Assembly: GCA_963708075.1 (NCBI GenBank)
Contig: OY970194.1
Coordinates: forward strand, 7,104,001 to 7,168,000
Length of the DNA stretch: 64,000 nt
From: Sedimentisphaerales bacterium
GTDB lineage: Bacteria > Planctomycetota > Phycisphaerae > Sedimentisphaerales > Anaerobacaceae
Direction of reading: 5' to 3'
This document shows positions 40,532-50,875 of the stretch, piece by piece. Position numbers and translations under genes: made by a program. The first letter of the stretch is position 1. Every line of letters begins with the position of its first letter. The notes under the pieces are model-generated. The model ran no database searches. It saw nothing but the letters and a program-made list of their open reading frames with translations, and was not told the DNA's origin.

Positions 40532-41449
40532 ATGCGAGCAGATTGGTCAATGAGCCGGCGTCACTTCATGGGTGCAACTGTGGCAGCGGGGCTGTTCTCT
40601 TCCGGGGCTGGGGCGTGGGTCGAGGAGGGGGCCGTACAACCTGCCGTCAAGCAGCGGTACAAAATTGGCGTATGCGACTGGATGATCCTCAAACGTCAGC
40701 AGCTTGGTGCGTTCAAATGGACGGCTCAGATCGCCGCTGATGGCGTGGAAGTGGATATGGGCAGCCTGGGCCAGCGTGAGACCTTCGACAACAAGCTCGT
40801 GGATCCGGCGGTGCGACAGCAGTTCCTGGATGAAGCACGCAGATTCAATCTGCAGATCTGCTCTCTCGCGATGTCCGGGTTTTATGCCCAGTCGTTTGCC
40901 GAGCGTCCCACTGTGCCCCGCATGTTACAGGACTGCATCGACACGATGAATCCGATGAATGTCAAAGTGGCGTTCCTACCCTTGGGGGTGCGAGGCGATC
41001 TGGTCAAATACCCGGAATTGCGTCCCGCCATTGTAGAGCGGCTCAAAGCGGTGGGGCCCAGAGCCGAAGAAGCCGGTGTGGTGATCGGTGTAGAGACCGC
41101 GCTGGATGCAGCCGGGGACGTCAAGCTTCTTGACGACATCGGCTCGCCGGCTGTTCGCATCTATTTCAACTTCGCCAATGCCCTGCAGAATGGTCGTGAT
41201 CTGTGCAAGGAGCTGCAAATCCTCGGCAAAGACCGCATCTGTCAAATTCATTGCACGGACGAGGACGGCGTATGGCTCCAGGACAATCCGCGCATCGATA
41301 TGCCCAAGGTCAAGCAGACGCTCGACGATATGGGCTGGGGCGGATGGCTCGTGATCGAGCGGTCCCGCAGCGCCAAGAACGCCCGTGACGTGGTGTGGAA
41401 CTTCGGCGCCAACACCCGGTACCTGAAATCCATCTTTGAGGCAAGGTGA
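40532..41449 (+). CDS. Tat-exported sugar phosphate isomerase/epimerase (xylose isomerase-like TIM barrel)
   Basis: SRRHFM Tat motif; CDWMILKRQ.LGAF, GVET, QIHCTD and WLVIERSR. Confidence 0.85.
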   Translation: MRADWSMSRRHFMGATVAAGLFSSGAGAWVEEGAVQPAVKQRYKIGVCDWMILKRQQLGAFKWTAQIAADGVEVDMGSLGQRETFDNKLVDPAVRQQFLDEARRFNLQICSLAMSGFYAQSFAERPTVPRMLQDCIDTMNPMNVKVAFLPLGVRGDLVKYPELRPAIVERLKAVGPRAEEAGVVIGVETALDAAGDVKLLDDIGSPAVRIYFNFANALQNGRDLCKELQILGKDRICQIHCTDEDGVWLQDNPRIDMPKVKQTLDDMGWGGWLVIERSRSAKNARDVVWNFGANTRYLKSIFEAR

Positions 41450-41488
41450 ATTCCACACCCTGCTGTGGAGACGCAAGACCCCGCGTCT

Positions 41489-44400
41489 CTACGGAACCCG
41501 GTACAGGCAGATGTCATCGAAGTACACCAGGCCTGACCTGCCTGTTTGCGGGCCGTCCTTGTTGCCAAAGCCGATGGCGATCTGGCTTACATCCGTCAGA
41601 TTTACACCCTGGTCTGAGAATCCCTTCAGGTCGATGGTCCACTGGGTCCAGGTGTCGATCTGGGTCGCCTTGGGATCGCTGTGGTACACGACCGCACGCC
41701 GTGCACCATTGTTCACAGCCACATACATCGACGCGGGATCGTTGCTCGGCATCTCGACGCCGATGGCCTCATTCGTCCACGTCGCCCCAGTCACCGAGCC
41801 GGTGACCTTGATGTCGGAGAACCGGGCTTTGCACACCGCACCGGCTTTGTGACTGGTCAGGGCCAGGCCCACATACGCGTCGGCGGGCATGGAAATATTC
41901 TGCGGGTTCCACGCCATCGCCTGCCAGGTGACGCCATCGCTGGAGTAGTAACCGTTGAAGTTGTTGGCGTTATCGCGCTCCAGTTTCACCCAGTAAGGCG
42001 CCACGACTGCGTTCTGCTCGGGCGTCGCCACGGATGAGTCGCTCGTGGCCTCGGCGCTGAGGGCGAGCCTGCCCTGGAATCGACAACCGTAGCTGGGGGT
42101 GATGTACACGGCGGCATAAGGCGCAGTGGGATCCAGACTGCGGCGGATCATCACGCCGGCCTTGGACCACTCGTTGGTGTTCTGCACGCTGAGCACCCGG
42201 GCCACGATCGTGCCCGGCCCGGAGAGCTGCTTGTACATGAAGCGGAACTCGTCCGCCGTGCCGCCGATATCCTCGCCCGTGGCGGTCATTGCGTAGGTTC
42301 CCGTTGGTTCCTCCACGAGGCTTGACGGGAAGCCCTGGAACCACAGCGAGAGCACCTTGACACCCTGCTCCGTCCAGTCGCGCGGGGCCGTCAAGGCCAT
42401 GGCCGCCTCCGAGATCCCGGCGCTATTGTCATAAAAACATGGCATGGACTGGCGGCCGCCGTGGACGATGCTTGTCTCGACGAAATGCTCGCCCGCGTCG
42501 AAGTCCGGGTCCGGATAACCCACGGTAGACCCATTTGCCGGATCGTCCCACCCATCTATCCATGTCGAATAGATCCTGTTGCTTCCTTCATCTTCGGGAT
42601 TGATGTCATTGTAGGACTCAAAATCATCGATGAGGAGGAAGTCCGCAATGGTGAATTGCCAGAGCCTGCCGCGGGTGATCGTGCCATCGGTGTTGTACTC
42701 ATCGACCCGCCAGTAGTACGGCCCACCGGCCCATTGCACGCCTTCCGGCGGCGTGTAGCTGGTGTCACTTTGACGGCCGCGATAGATGCCCGTCTTGTCC
42801 GATGCGTCGGAGTTGGCGACGGCGTCTCGATCCGTCCCGAAGTAGATATCATGCTGGGCTGCGTTTTCCCCGGGCAGCCAGCGAAGGGGCAGTGCGCCCT
42901 TCAAATCAGGCGTGGATCCGTTTGCCGGGCTTGGCTCCCAGGCCACGTCTGACTCGCCTCTCATGATCTGCTTGATGTCCTGCGCGTCCAGCACGATGTT
43001 GTAGATGCGAACATCATCGACCATGCCCTTCCATCCGGCGGTGGTGCCCTGATCCTTGCCGCCCTTGCCGATGATCAACTTGGTGCACCCTGTGATGGGA
43101 CCGCTGGCCACATTGGGATCGGTTCTGCCTGTCGGCGTGTCTTCTGCCCCATCGATGTAGAACTTGATCACATCTCCGTTTTTCCAGGTCATGGCGACAT
43201 GCTGCCACTGGGTGGTTTGCCTCTTGTTGGAACTCTCCAACTGGCCGCCCCACAGCTCCTTTTCATTCGGGTCCAGGTCCGGCAGCGTGGCGGTCACACC
43301 CAGCTTGAATACATTCGTGCCTCCGTAGCTCGCCCCGGCAGCGTCGTGGCGCATCGTCACCATCTGGTCGCTGCCATCGGGGTCCTCACAATTGATGAAT
43401 CCCCGATCCGTGCCAATCTGATCGGCTTTGATCCACATGCAGACGGTGATCGCGCTCAATCCGTTGAGATATTCGGCTGCGGTTTCATCGACGACATCGT
43501 CGCCATCGCCGCCGAAATACAGGGCCCCGCCGACGCGGCCGTCCGGCTTCAATGTAGCGCCCTGGACAGTCCCGAAGTGATCGTAGCCGGAATAATCCGT
43601 CACCGTGTTGCGGAGAATCTCATCGAATTTCCACCAGCAAAGAAGGTTGGGGTCGGTGATGGGCACCAGGGGGATCGTTTTGAAACTCCAAATCTCGCCC
43701 CTGTGGACATTCACGCCGTCGAATTCATCGACTCGCCAGTAGTACGTCGTGTCCTTTGCCAGGATAATAGGGGCATAGTTTGCGTCCGTCTGCGGGGCGC
43801 CCCCCGTGGCGGTGTTCACGTCGTCGAAATCGGCATCGAGGTATACGATGTGCGATTTTGCCTCGAATCCCGGGGTCCAGGTAAGGACGACATCCGGATA
43901 GATAAAATCGGCCTCATCGGCGGGGTACGGGCTCCGGGCGGTCCATGGCGGAATCGTGAAGCTCCACATGTCGCCTTTCCAGGGGCTGTCAGGATGAACA
44001 TCGTTGACCTCGTCGATCCGCCAGTAGTAAGTCGTGCCGGGGACGAGGCCGTCCGGATAAGGATTGCCGGGCGCACCTATAATGAACTGTGTCTCCTTCG
44101 TGTTGCCTTGGAGTGTTCCACCGGCGCTGTTGAGGATATCGTCGGCATTCTCGCCAAAGTAGACACTGTGCGAGACGGCGAAGTCCCCGGCGATCCAGCT
44201 CAGGGTAACCTGTCTGTTGGCGTAGAGGGCGCCGGTCGCCGGGAATGCACTATATGCCATGGGCATGGGGATCCTGGTGATGTGCAGGAACAAGAGCTTG
44301 CATTTGATTCCGCCGGGCGCCGGCTTGATCGTCAAACGACCGTCGGTCACAGTGACAGTCCCGTTGTACTCGTCGTACTTATCCAGACCGTCCGGGTCGG

Positions 44401-44785
44401 TGAAGATCAGGCCTTCCACGTCAATGGTGTCAATCTGGTCGGTGTACGCTGCGTCGCCGCACGCGACAAAGACCTTGTAACCCCCCGTGGGCAACTCGAT
44501 CTCCCAGGTCCGGGCTCCGCTCTCCTGCATCTGGACCACCGTGTCGTAGCGCCCGTCGAAGGACACGCCTCGCTTGCGGGCGGCGCCGGTGATGTCCATA
44601 TCCCAGCCATAGCTGAAGCCATTGCCTCGGTCTGCGAATATTTCGCCGAAGTCGGCAAGATAACCCTTTGGAATCGCTGCGGTGCTGGGCTGGAAGTTGA
44701 TCTTCACTTCCAGGCTCTGGGCCGCATTCGCCGCCAGGATGGGCAACATCACAAAGGAAACCACAAGAGCCAGCTCTCTACGCAT
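41489..44785 (-). CDS. Large secreted LamG/FN3 multidomain protein with a split conserved C-terminal domain
   Basis: Signal peptide MRREL...; KINFQP carbohydrate-binding-like domain; three 'YYWR(I/V)DE...G..W.F' repeats; LamG 'WWKFDE...DDVRIY'; IDDFESY...YFDDICLY. Confidence 0.85.
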   Translation of the reverse strand: MRRELALVVSFVMLPILAANAAQSLEVKINFQPSTAAIPKGYLADFGEIFADRGNGFSYGWDMDITGAARKRGVSFDGRYDTVVQMQESGARTWEIELPTGGYKVFVACGDAAYTDQIDTIDVEGLIFTDPDGLDKYDEYNGTVTVTDGRLTIKPAPGGIKCKLLFLHITRIPMPMAYSAFPATGALYANRQVTLSWIAGDFAVSHSVYFGENADDILNSAGGTLQGNTKETQFIIGAPGNPYPDGLVPGTTYYWRIDEVNDVHPDSPWKGDMWSFTIPPWTARSPYPADEADFIYPDVVLTWTPGFEAKSHIVYLDADFDDVNTATGGAPQTDANYAPIILAKDTTYYWRVDEFDGVNVHRGEIWSFKTIPLVPITDPNLLCWWKFDEILRNTVTDYSGYDHFGTVQGATLKPDGRVGGALYFGGDGDDVVDETAAEYLNGLSAITVCMWIKADQIGTDRGFINCEDPDGSDQMVTMRHDAAGASYGGTNVFKLGVTATLPDLDPNEKELWGGQLESSNKRQTTQWQHVAMTWKNGDVIKFYIDGAEDTPTGRTDPNVASGPITGCTKLIIGKGGKDQGTTAGWKGMVDDVRIYNIVLDAQDIKQIMRGESDVAWEPSPANGSTPDLKGALPLRWLPGENAAQHDIYFGTDRDAVANSDASDKTGIYRGRQSDTSYTPPEGVQWAGGPYYWRVDEYNTDGTITRGRLWQFTIADFLLIDDFESYNDINPEDEGSNRIYSTWIDGWDDPANGSTVGYPDPDFDAGEHFVETSIVHGGRQSMPCFYDNSAGISEAAMALTAPRDWTEQGVKVLSLWFQGFPSSLVEEPTGTYAMTATGEDIGGTADEFRFMYKQLSGPGTIVARVLSVQNTNEWSKAGVMIRRSLDPTAPYAAVYITPSYGCRFQGRLALSAEATSDSSVATPEQNAVVAPYWVKLERDNANNFNGYYSSDGVTWQAMAWNPQNISMPADAYVGLALTSHKAGAVCKARFSDIKVTGSVTGATWTNEAIGVEMPSNDPASMYVAVNNGARRAVVYHSDPKATQIDTWTQWTIDLKGFSDQGVNLTDVSQIAIGFGNKDGPQTGRSGLVYFDDICLYRVP

Positions 44786-44898
44786 GATCGTCCTCCTTCA
44801 CCGTGTGTCGGTACGCCTCTTGAACGTGCTATTCCTGGCGGAACAACACGTCGTTTTTCGATTGTAGAGGCATCCAAAAGCCGCAGATTATACCCCTA

Positions 44899-44928
44899 TT
44901 TATACCAGACTCGCCATCTTGCGGTCAA
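44899..44928 (-). promoter_or_regulatory. Putative sigma70 promoter for the 41489-44785 gene
   Basis: Minus strand reads TTGACC-18 nt-TATAAA with an extended TGn. Confidence 0.5.
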
Positions 44929-45087
44929 GGAGAAAAACAGTGTCCCGGCCGGGCGATCAGGGGTAAGATATCCCCGCCACAGCTCGTCAATTGTGACAAG
45001 TGGGCTGGTCCGGGACGACGGATGGAAAAAGACCGTGAACGACGATTATACTGTGGGTCTTTGGAGCGGTGTCGAGGGCACGTAGAA

Positions 45088-48000
45088 ATGTGGTTACGTT
45101 ACTTCCTGTTTCTGGCCGTCTGTTTCGCAGGCGCCAACGTCTATGGGGCCGGCAGAGGGTTGGCCGATACGTCGGCCAGTCCCCACGTCAAGCTGCGAAG
45201 CGTCGATATCGACGCCGTGCGATGGACTGACGGGTTCTGGGCCGAGCGATTCGACTGGTGTCGCAAGGTCGTCATTCCGAACATGTGGCGGCTGCTCGAA
45301 GACCCCAATATCAGCCACGCTTATGAGAACTTCCTCGTCGCTGCCGGCCGGAAAGAGGGCAGACATTGCGGACCCAAATGGCACGATGGCGACTTCTTCA
45401 AGTGGTTGGAGGCCGTGGCGTTTGTCTATGCGACGACCCACGACGAGGAACTGGATCGGCAGATGGATAGCATCATCGAGGTCATCGGCAAGGTCCAGCG
45501 CGAGGATGGATACATTCACACTCCGGCCATAATCGCCCAGCGGCAGCACTTACCCCAGGCCAATGAATTCCTGGATCGCCTGGACTTCGAGACCTACAAC
45601 ATGGGGCACCTGATGACCTGTGCCTGCACGCATTACCGCGCGACGGGAAAGACCGACCTGCTGGACATTGCGAAGAAAGCCGCGGAATTCCTCTATCGAA
45701 CCTGCAACGACTCCCCCGACACGCTTGCGGGCAACGCCATCTGCCCGTCTCATTACATGGGCGTGGTGGAGATGTACCGCACGACTGGCGATCCAAAGTA
45801 TCTTGAATTGGCCCGCAGCCTGATCGACATTCGCGATCGGGCCAAGGGGGGCACGGATGACAATCAGGACCGGATTCCTTTTCGCCAACAGACGCAGGCC
45901 GTCGGGCATGCCGTCAGGGCGAACTACCTTTATGCCGGCGCCGCCGACGTGTACGCGGAGACGGGCGACGCATCCCTGCTCAGTGCCCTGGAGAAGATCT
46001 GGCAGGATGTCGCTTTGCGGAAGATGTACGTGACCGGGGCCACGGGCGCGCTATACAACGGAGCTTCGCCGGATGGCTCGAAGGCCCAGTCCTCGATCCA
46101 ACCCGTGCATCAGGCCTACGGCCGCGCATATCAGTTGCCCAACATCACCGCACACAACGAGTCATGTGCCACGGTGGGTTTCGTCCTGTGGAACTGGCGC
46201 ATGCTGGCCGTCACGGGTCAGACGCGGTTCGCGGATCTGCTCGAGCTGGCGCTGTACAATGCTGTGCTGGCGAGCATCAGCCTCGATGGGAAGGAGTTCT
46301 TCTACACGAACCCGCTGGCGAGGGTGGACGACCTGCCGTTCGAGCTGCGCTGGTCGCGCAAACGTGAGCCGTATATAAGCTGTTTCTGTTGCCCGCCCAA
46401 CATCGTTCGCACGATTGCCGAGACGGCCGCCTACGCGTACAGCGTGTCCGACGAAGGCGTGTGGGTCAACCTCTACGGCAGCAACGTACTCGACACTCGC
46501 CTCCCCGGCGGTGGGGCGGTCAAGCTGCGACAACAGACTCAGTATCCGTGGGAGGGCACAATCCGGATCGCTCTGGACAGCGTGCCGCCAGCGGAGTTCT
46601 CGCTGTTTCTGCGGGTCCCCGGCTGGGCGGAAGATGCCCGCGCGAGCATCAATGGCAAGCCGATGGGCAAAGACCTGGAATCGGGACAGTATTTCGAGAT
46701 TCGTCGCTCGTGGTCGGCCGGGGACCAGATCGAGCTTGTCCTGCCCATGCCCGTGCAGTTGCTGGAGGCGCATCCCCTCGTCGAGGAAGCGCGCAACCAG
46801 GCCGCGGTGCGTCGCGGGCCGATTGTCTACTGCCTGGAATCGGTGGACCTGCCGGAGAATGTCAAGCTCGCCAACGTGGCCATCTCTCCTGACCACCAGT
46901 TTGCAGAGACGAACGACTTTGTATCTCTACCCGGGGCGGAGGTCATTCTGGAAGGAAAAGCTTGTGTTTCCGCCGGTGGTGGCTGGGACAACACTCTTTA
47001 TCGAAAGGTATCCTCCGAAGAACCGACGGCGATTGACCTGCGACTGATTCCTTATTACGCCTGGGGCAACCGGGGCGATTCCGAGATGAGCGTCTGGATG
47101 CCTCTGGCCGGTAGGGGCGAAACATCTTCCGCTCCCATGTTTGTCCTGGATGCAGGGATATTCAAGCATCACGTCGATTTCTTCAACAGCATGGAGCCCG
47201 AGAACATTGTCAACTACATCCCCAACCGGCAATCGTGGGCTTGGATGAAAGACAATGTACCATTCTTCGAGTGCCCCGACAAGAGCTTCGAGCAGGTGTA
47301 CTACTACCGGTGGTGGGCGTTCCGCAAGCATCTGAAGAAGACGCCGGATGGCTTCGTCTTCACGGAGTTCCTGGATAAGGTCGGTCACAGCGGCGAGCAC
47401 AATACGATAAGCTGCGCGCTGGGACATCACCTCTATGAAGGCACCTGGCTGCGCGACAGGCGGTACATCGACGAGTATGCCCGGTTCTGGTACGTGGGCC
47501 ACGAGGGTGGCCTGCAGCCGCACTTGCATAAATACAGCAACTGGGCGACGTGGGCGCTCTATCGCAAATACCTGGTCGACCACGACAGGGCTTTTCTAAC
47601 AAGCCTGCTGGACGCCTTCATTGCCGATTATCAAGGATGGGTACAGGAGCGGGGGGCGGCGAACGGCTTATTCTGGCAATATGACGTGCGTGACGGCATG
47701 GAGGAGTCGATCAGCGGCGCGAGAAAAATCCAGAACATCCGGCCTCCTTTGAACTGCTACATGTACGCGAACGCACTGGCGATATCGAAGGTGGCCCAAA
47801 TGGCGGGACGCGACGAGGTTGCCAGGGAATACGCGGGGAAGGCGTCAAGGCTGAAGTCCCTCGTGCATGGGCTGCTGTGGGATGACGAGGCGAAGTTCTT
47901 CAAAGTGCGGCGTCCGGATGGCGGGTTGGCCGACGTGCGCGAGGAGATCGGGTTTATCCCCTGGTATTTCGATTTGCCTGACCCGGGATGTGAGCAGGCG

Positions 48001-48600
48001 TGGCAGCAGCTTCTGGACCCGCAGGGATTTGCGGCCCCGATGGGCATCACGACGGCGGAGCGCAGGCACCCTCAATTCCGAAGTCACGGCGTGGGAACTT
48101 GCGAGTGGGACGGAGCCGTCTGGCCCTTTGCGACGAGCCAAACGCTCACAGGACTGGCCAACGTCCTTCACAAGGGAACGGGCGGGTTTGAAACCCGCCC
48201 CTACTTCGATGCCTTGCTTACGTACGCACGTTCGCATCAGTATCGGGGCAAGCCCTACATCGGCGAGTACCTCGATGAGCAGGACGGCACCTGGTTAAAG
48301 CCGGACTCAGATCGCAGCCGCTACTACAATCACTCGACGTTCTGCGACCTGGTGATCAGCGGTCTGGTGGGGCTCATGCCTCGCGAGGATGACACGGTTG
48401 TAATCGATCCCCTGGTCCCCGCCGATGCGTGGGACTGGTTCTGCCTTGACAACGTGTCCTATCACGGCCGGACGCTGACCATCCTGTGGGATCGGACCGG
48501 CGACAAATACCATAAGGGCGCCGGCCTGCGGGTCTTCGCTGATCGTGTGGAAATCGCCCGATCGGATGCATTGACCCGTGTTGCCGGCAAGCTCCCTTGA
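45088..48600 (+). CDS. GH127 (aceric acid hydrolase-like) fused to a GH142-like alpha/alpha-barrel glycosidase
   Basis: N-terminal part: HDGDFFK, AICPSHYMG, GHAVRANYLYAG, AHNESCA, ISCFCCPPN, IPYYAWGNRG. C-terminal part after about 47130: NVPFFECPD...YYYRWW, ISCALGHH, DGMEES, WDGAVWPF, YYNHSTFCDL. Confidence 0.8.
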   Translation: MWLRYFLFLAVCFAGANVYGAGRGLADTSASPHVKLRSVDIDAVRWTDGFWAERFDWCRKVVIPNMWRLLEDPNISHAYENFLVAAGRKEGRHCGPKWHDGDFFKWLEAVAFVYATTHDEELDRQMDSIIEVIGKVQREDGYIHTPAIIAQRQHLPQANEFLDRLDFETYNMGHLMTCACTHYRATGKTDLLDIAKKAAEFLYRTCNDSPDTLAGNAICPSHYMGVVEMYRTTGDPKYLELARSLIDIRDRAKGGTDDNQDRIPFRQQTQAVGHAVRANYLYAGAADVYAETGDASLLSALEKIWQDVALRKMYVTGATGALYNGASPDGSKAQSSIQPVHQAYGRAYQLPNITAHNESCATVGFVLWNWRMLAVTGQTRFADLLELALYNAVLASISLDGKEFFYTNPLARVDDLPFELRWSRKREPYISCFCCPPNIVRTIAETAAYAYSVSDEGVWVNLYGSNVLDTRLPGGGAVKLRQQTQYPWEGTIRIALDSVPPAEFSLFLRVPGWAEDARASINGKPMGKDLESGQYFEIRRSWSAGDQIELVLPMPVQLLEAHPLVEEARNQAAVRRGPIVYCLESVDLPENVKLANVAISPDHQFAETNDFVSLPGAEVILEGKACVSAGGGWDNTLYRKVSSEEPTAIDLRLIPYYAWGNRGDSEMSVWMPLAGRGETSSAPMFVLDAGIFKHHVDFFNSMEPENIVNYIPNRQSWAWMKDNVPFFECPDKSFEQVYYYRWWAFRKHLKKTPDGFVFTEFLDKVGHSGEHNTISCALGHHLYEGTWLRDRRYIDEYARFWYVGHEGGLQPHLHKYSNWATWALYRKYLVDHDRAFLTSLLDAFIADYQGWVQERGAANGLFWQYDVRDGMEESISGARKIQNIRPPLNCYMYANALAISKVAQMAGRDEVAREYAGKASRLKSLVHGLLWDDEAKFFKVRRPDGGLADVREEIGFIPWYFDLPDPGCEQAWQQLLDPQGFAAPMGITTAERRHPQFRSHGVGTCEWDGAVWPFATSQTLTGLANVLHKGTGGFETRPYFDALLTYARSHQYRGKPYIGEYLDEQDGTWLKPDSDRSRYYNHSTFCDLVISGLVGLMPREDDTVVIDPLVPADAWDWFCLDNVSYHGRTLTILWDRTGDKYHKGAGLRVFADRVEIARSDALTRVAGKLP

Positions 48601-48632
48601 CGCAGAGAGGAAATCCGGACTATGGTGTAGCC

Positions 48633-49562
48633 ATGAAGTCAGATTCACAGAGAATTGCCGCAGGTGCGGGCAGGCCCGCCGCAGAGCCGGTCGGTCTGAT
48701 CGGGCTTGGTCTGATGGGTGCGGCCCTGGCCGAGCGGCTGCACAGCGGCGGCCTCGACATCCGGGGATACGACATCGATCCCGGTCGGAATGATCTTCTC
48801 CGCCGGATTGGTGGTGAGCCCGCATCCAGCGCTGCGGCTATTGCCTCCGCCTGCGGCAGGATTCTCCTGAGCCTGCCGGACAGCGACGTTGTGGAGGCTG
48901 TGCTTGCCGATATGGGCCCGTCTCTGATCGCGGGGCGGATCATCATTGACACGTCCACGGGCGATCCGGAACGTGCCGTGGCGATAGGCCGGCGGCTGGC
49001 CGAGCGAGGGATCTGCTACCTGGACGCCACAATCTCCGGCAGCAGCCAGCAGGTTCGTGAGGGGCAGGCCGTGGTTCTGGCGGGCGGCCCGGCGGCCGCG
49101 TTCGAGCAGTGCAAGGACTTGTTCCGGCTGTTTGCCCGTCGCTGGTTTCATCTCGGGCCCTGCGGCAGTGGCTCGCAGATGAAACTCGTCAGCAATCTCG
49201 TGCTGGGCCTGAATCGTGCCGCGCTGGCGGAAGGGCTATGGCTGAGCGAGGCCCTGGGATTGGACGTGCAGATTGTGCTGACGGTGCTGCGCGAAAGCAT
49301 GGCGTATTCGCGGATCATGGACACGAAAGGCGAGAAAATGATCCGCGGCGATTTCGAGCCTCAGGCCCGATTGTCACAACACCACAAGGACGTTCGCCTG
49401 ATGCTCCAGGCCGCCGCCGGAGCGGGCACGGACTTGCCGTTGACCCGGGCCCACGCTCGCTTGCTGGAACTGGCCGAGAACGCCGGCTACGGGGCTCAGG
49501 ACAACAGCGCCATCATCCGCGCCTTCGAACACCTCGATACGGAGCGTGGGGGCAGACCCTAA
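48633..49562 (+). CDS. NAD(P)-dependent beta-hydroxyacid dehydrogenase (3-hydroxyisobutyrate/tartronate semialdehyde reductase family)
   Basis: GLIGLGLMG, IDTST, LDATISG, catalytic MKLVSN and HKDVRL motifs. Confidence 0.88.
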   Translation: MKSDSQRIAAGAGRPAAEPVGLIGLGLMGAALAERLHSGGLDIRGYDIDPGRNDLLRRIGGEPASSAAAIASACGRILLSLPDSDVVEAVLADMGPSLIAGRIIIDTSTGDPERAVAIGRRLAERGICYLDATISGSSQQVREGQAVVLAGGPAAAFEQCKDLFRLFARRWFHLGPCGSGSQMKLVSNLVLGLNRAALAEGLWLSEALGLDVQIVLTVLRESMAYSRIMDTKGEKMIRGDFEPQARLSQHHKDVRLMLQAAAGAGTDLPLTRAHARLLELAENAGYGAQDNSAIIRAFEHLDTERGGRP

Positions 49563-49585
49563 GCGGTCGGATGGAGAGCGAGGAC

Positions 49586-50857
49586 ATGACTCAAATCTCG
49601 ATTGATTCCTCTTCGTTGACCCTTTCGCGGAAGGCGAGGCTCATTGTCCTGTTCGCCGCCTTCAGCGGCCTGCTCTTCGACGGCATAGAGCTTGGCCTGA
49701 TGCCGATCGCGTCCCTCTCCGTCACGAAGAGTCTGCTTGGAGACCGTTTTACAGATGTCTTGGCGGGAGACTGGTTCGCGCGTTTCACGGCGAGCTTGAT
49801 GCTTGGCGCGGCAGTCGGCGGCATCGTGTTCGGAGCGTTGGGCGACCGCATCGGGCGCACGCGGGCCATGGGGGTGAGCATCCTCTTCTACTCCGTCTTT
49901 TCGGGAATGGGATGGCTGGTCGGCAGCCTGGAGCAAATGCTTGTGCTTCGCTTCTGTGTGGGGCTTGGCGTCGGCGGCATGTGGCCTAATGGCGTGGCGC
50001 TGGTCTCCGAATGCTGGCCGAACGTGTCGCGGCCCATCGTGGCGGGGATCATTGGCGCCGGCCTGAACACCGGTATTCTGCTGCTTTCTCAAATCGCTCG
50101 CATCTGGCACATCACGCCTGACTCGTGGCGGTGGCTCTTCGGCTGGAGCGCTGTGCCCGGCTTGCTCGGGGTCGTGGCGCTGTACTTCGTGCCGGAATCG
50201 CCGCGGTGGTTGTCCGCTCGCGCAGCAACAGTCAAACGGACGGTCACACCTCTGCGCGAGTTGTTTCGTCCGCCGTTGCTGCGGGTCACGCTTCTTGGCA
50301 TTGTCCTCGGCTCGATTCCCATGATCGGTGCCTGGGCGGCAAGCAAGTGGATGATTCCCTGGGCGGACAAGATCGGCGGGGCCGCACAGCCGGGGTACAA
50401 AGCGGTCACGCAAGGCTTCTGGGCACTGGGGGCCGTGCTTGGCAGCTTCTTCGGCGCCCAGCTTGCCGGCATGCTCGGCCGGCGGCTCTCATATTTTCTG
50501 ATCAGCCTGGGCTCTGCGGCGTTGACCAGCGGTCTTTTCCTTCTCACGGCTCCATTGGAGTCTGCCTTTCTGCCGATGGCTTTCGCGCAGGGCTTCATCG
50601 CAACGCTATTTTTCGGCTGGCTCCCGCTATATCTTCCCGAGCTGTTTCCGACGAAGGTGCGTGCCACGGGCAGCGGCATTGCGTACAATACCGGGCGATT
50701 CGCCACCGCCGGCGGGGTGTTCGCCGCGGGCACGTTGGTCGTCTGGTTTGGCGGTGACTTCGCTAAAGTGGGTGCGGTGATGGGCCTGATCTACGCCCTC
50801 GGCATGGTGGCCATCTGGTGGGCGCCGGAGACATCGAACAAGGACTTGCCGGACTGA
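49586..50857 (+). CDS. MFS transporter (organic acid/sugar acid type)
   Basis: GALGDRIGRTR motif A, LRFCVGLGVGG, PESPRW and ELFPTKVRATG. Confidence 0.9.
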   Translation: MTQISIDSSSLTLSRKARLIVLFAAFSGLLFDGIELGLMPIASLSVTKSLLGDRFTDVLAGDWFARFTASLMLGAAVGGIVFGALGDRIGRTRAMGVSILFYSVFSGMGWLVGSLEQMLVLRFCVGLGVGGMWPNGVALVSECWPNVSRPIVAGIIGAGLNTGILLLSQIARIWHITPDSWRWLFGWSAVPGLLGVVALYFVPESPRWLSARAATVKRTVTPLRELFRPPLLRVTLLGIVLGSIPMIGAWAASKWMIPWADKIGGAAQPGYKAVTQGFWALGAVLGSFFGAQLAGMLGRRLSYFLISLGSAALTSGLFLLTAPLESAFLPMAFAQGFIATLFFGWLPLYLPELFPTKVRATGSGIAYNTGRFATAGGVFAAGTLVVWFGGDFAKVGAVMGLIYALGMVAIWWAPETSNKDLPD

Positions 50858-50875
50858 TTGTGGAGGTACATCGAT

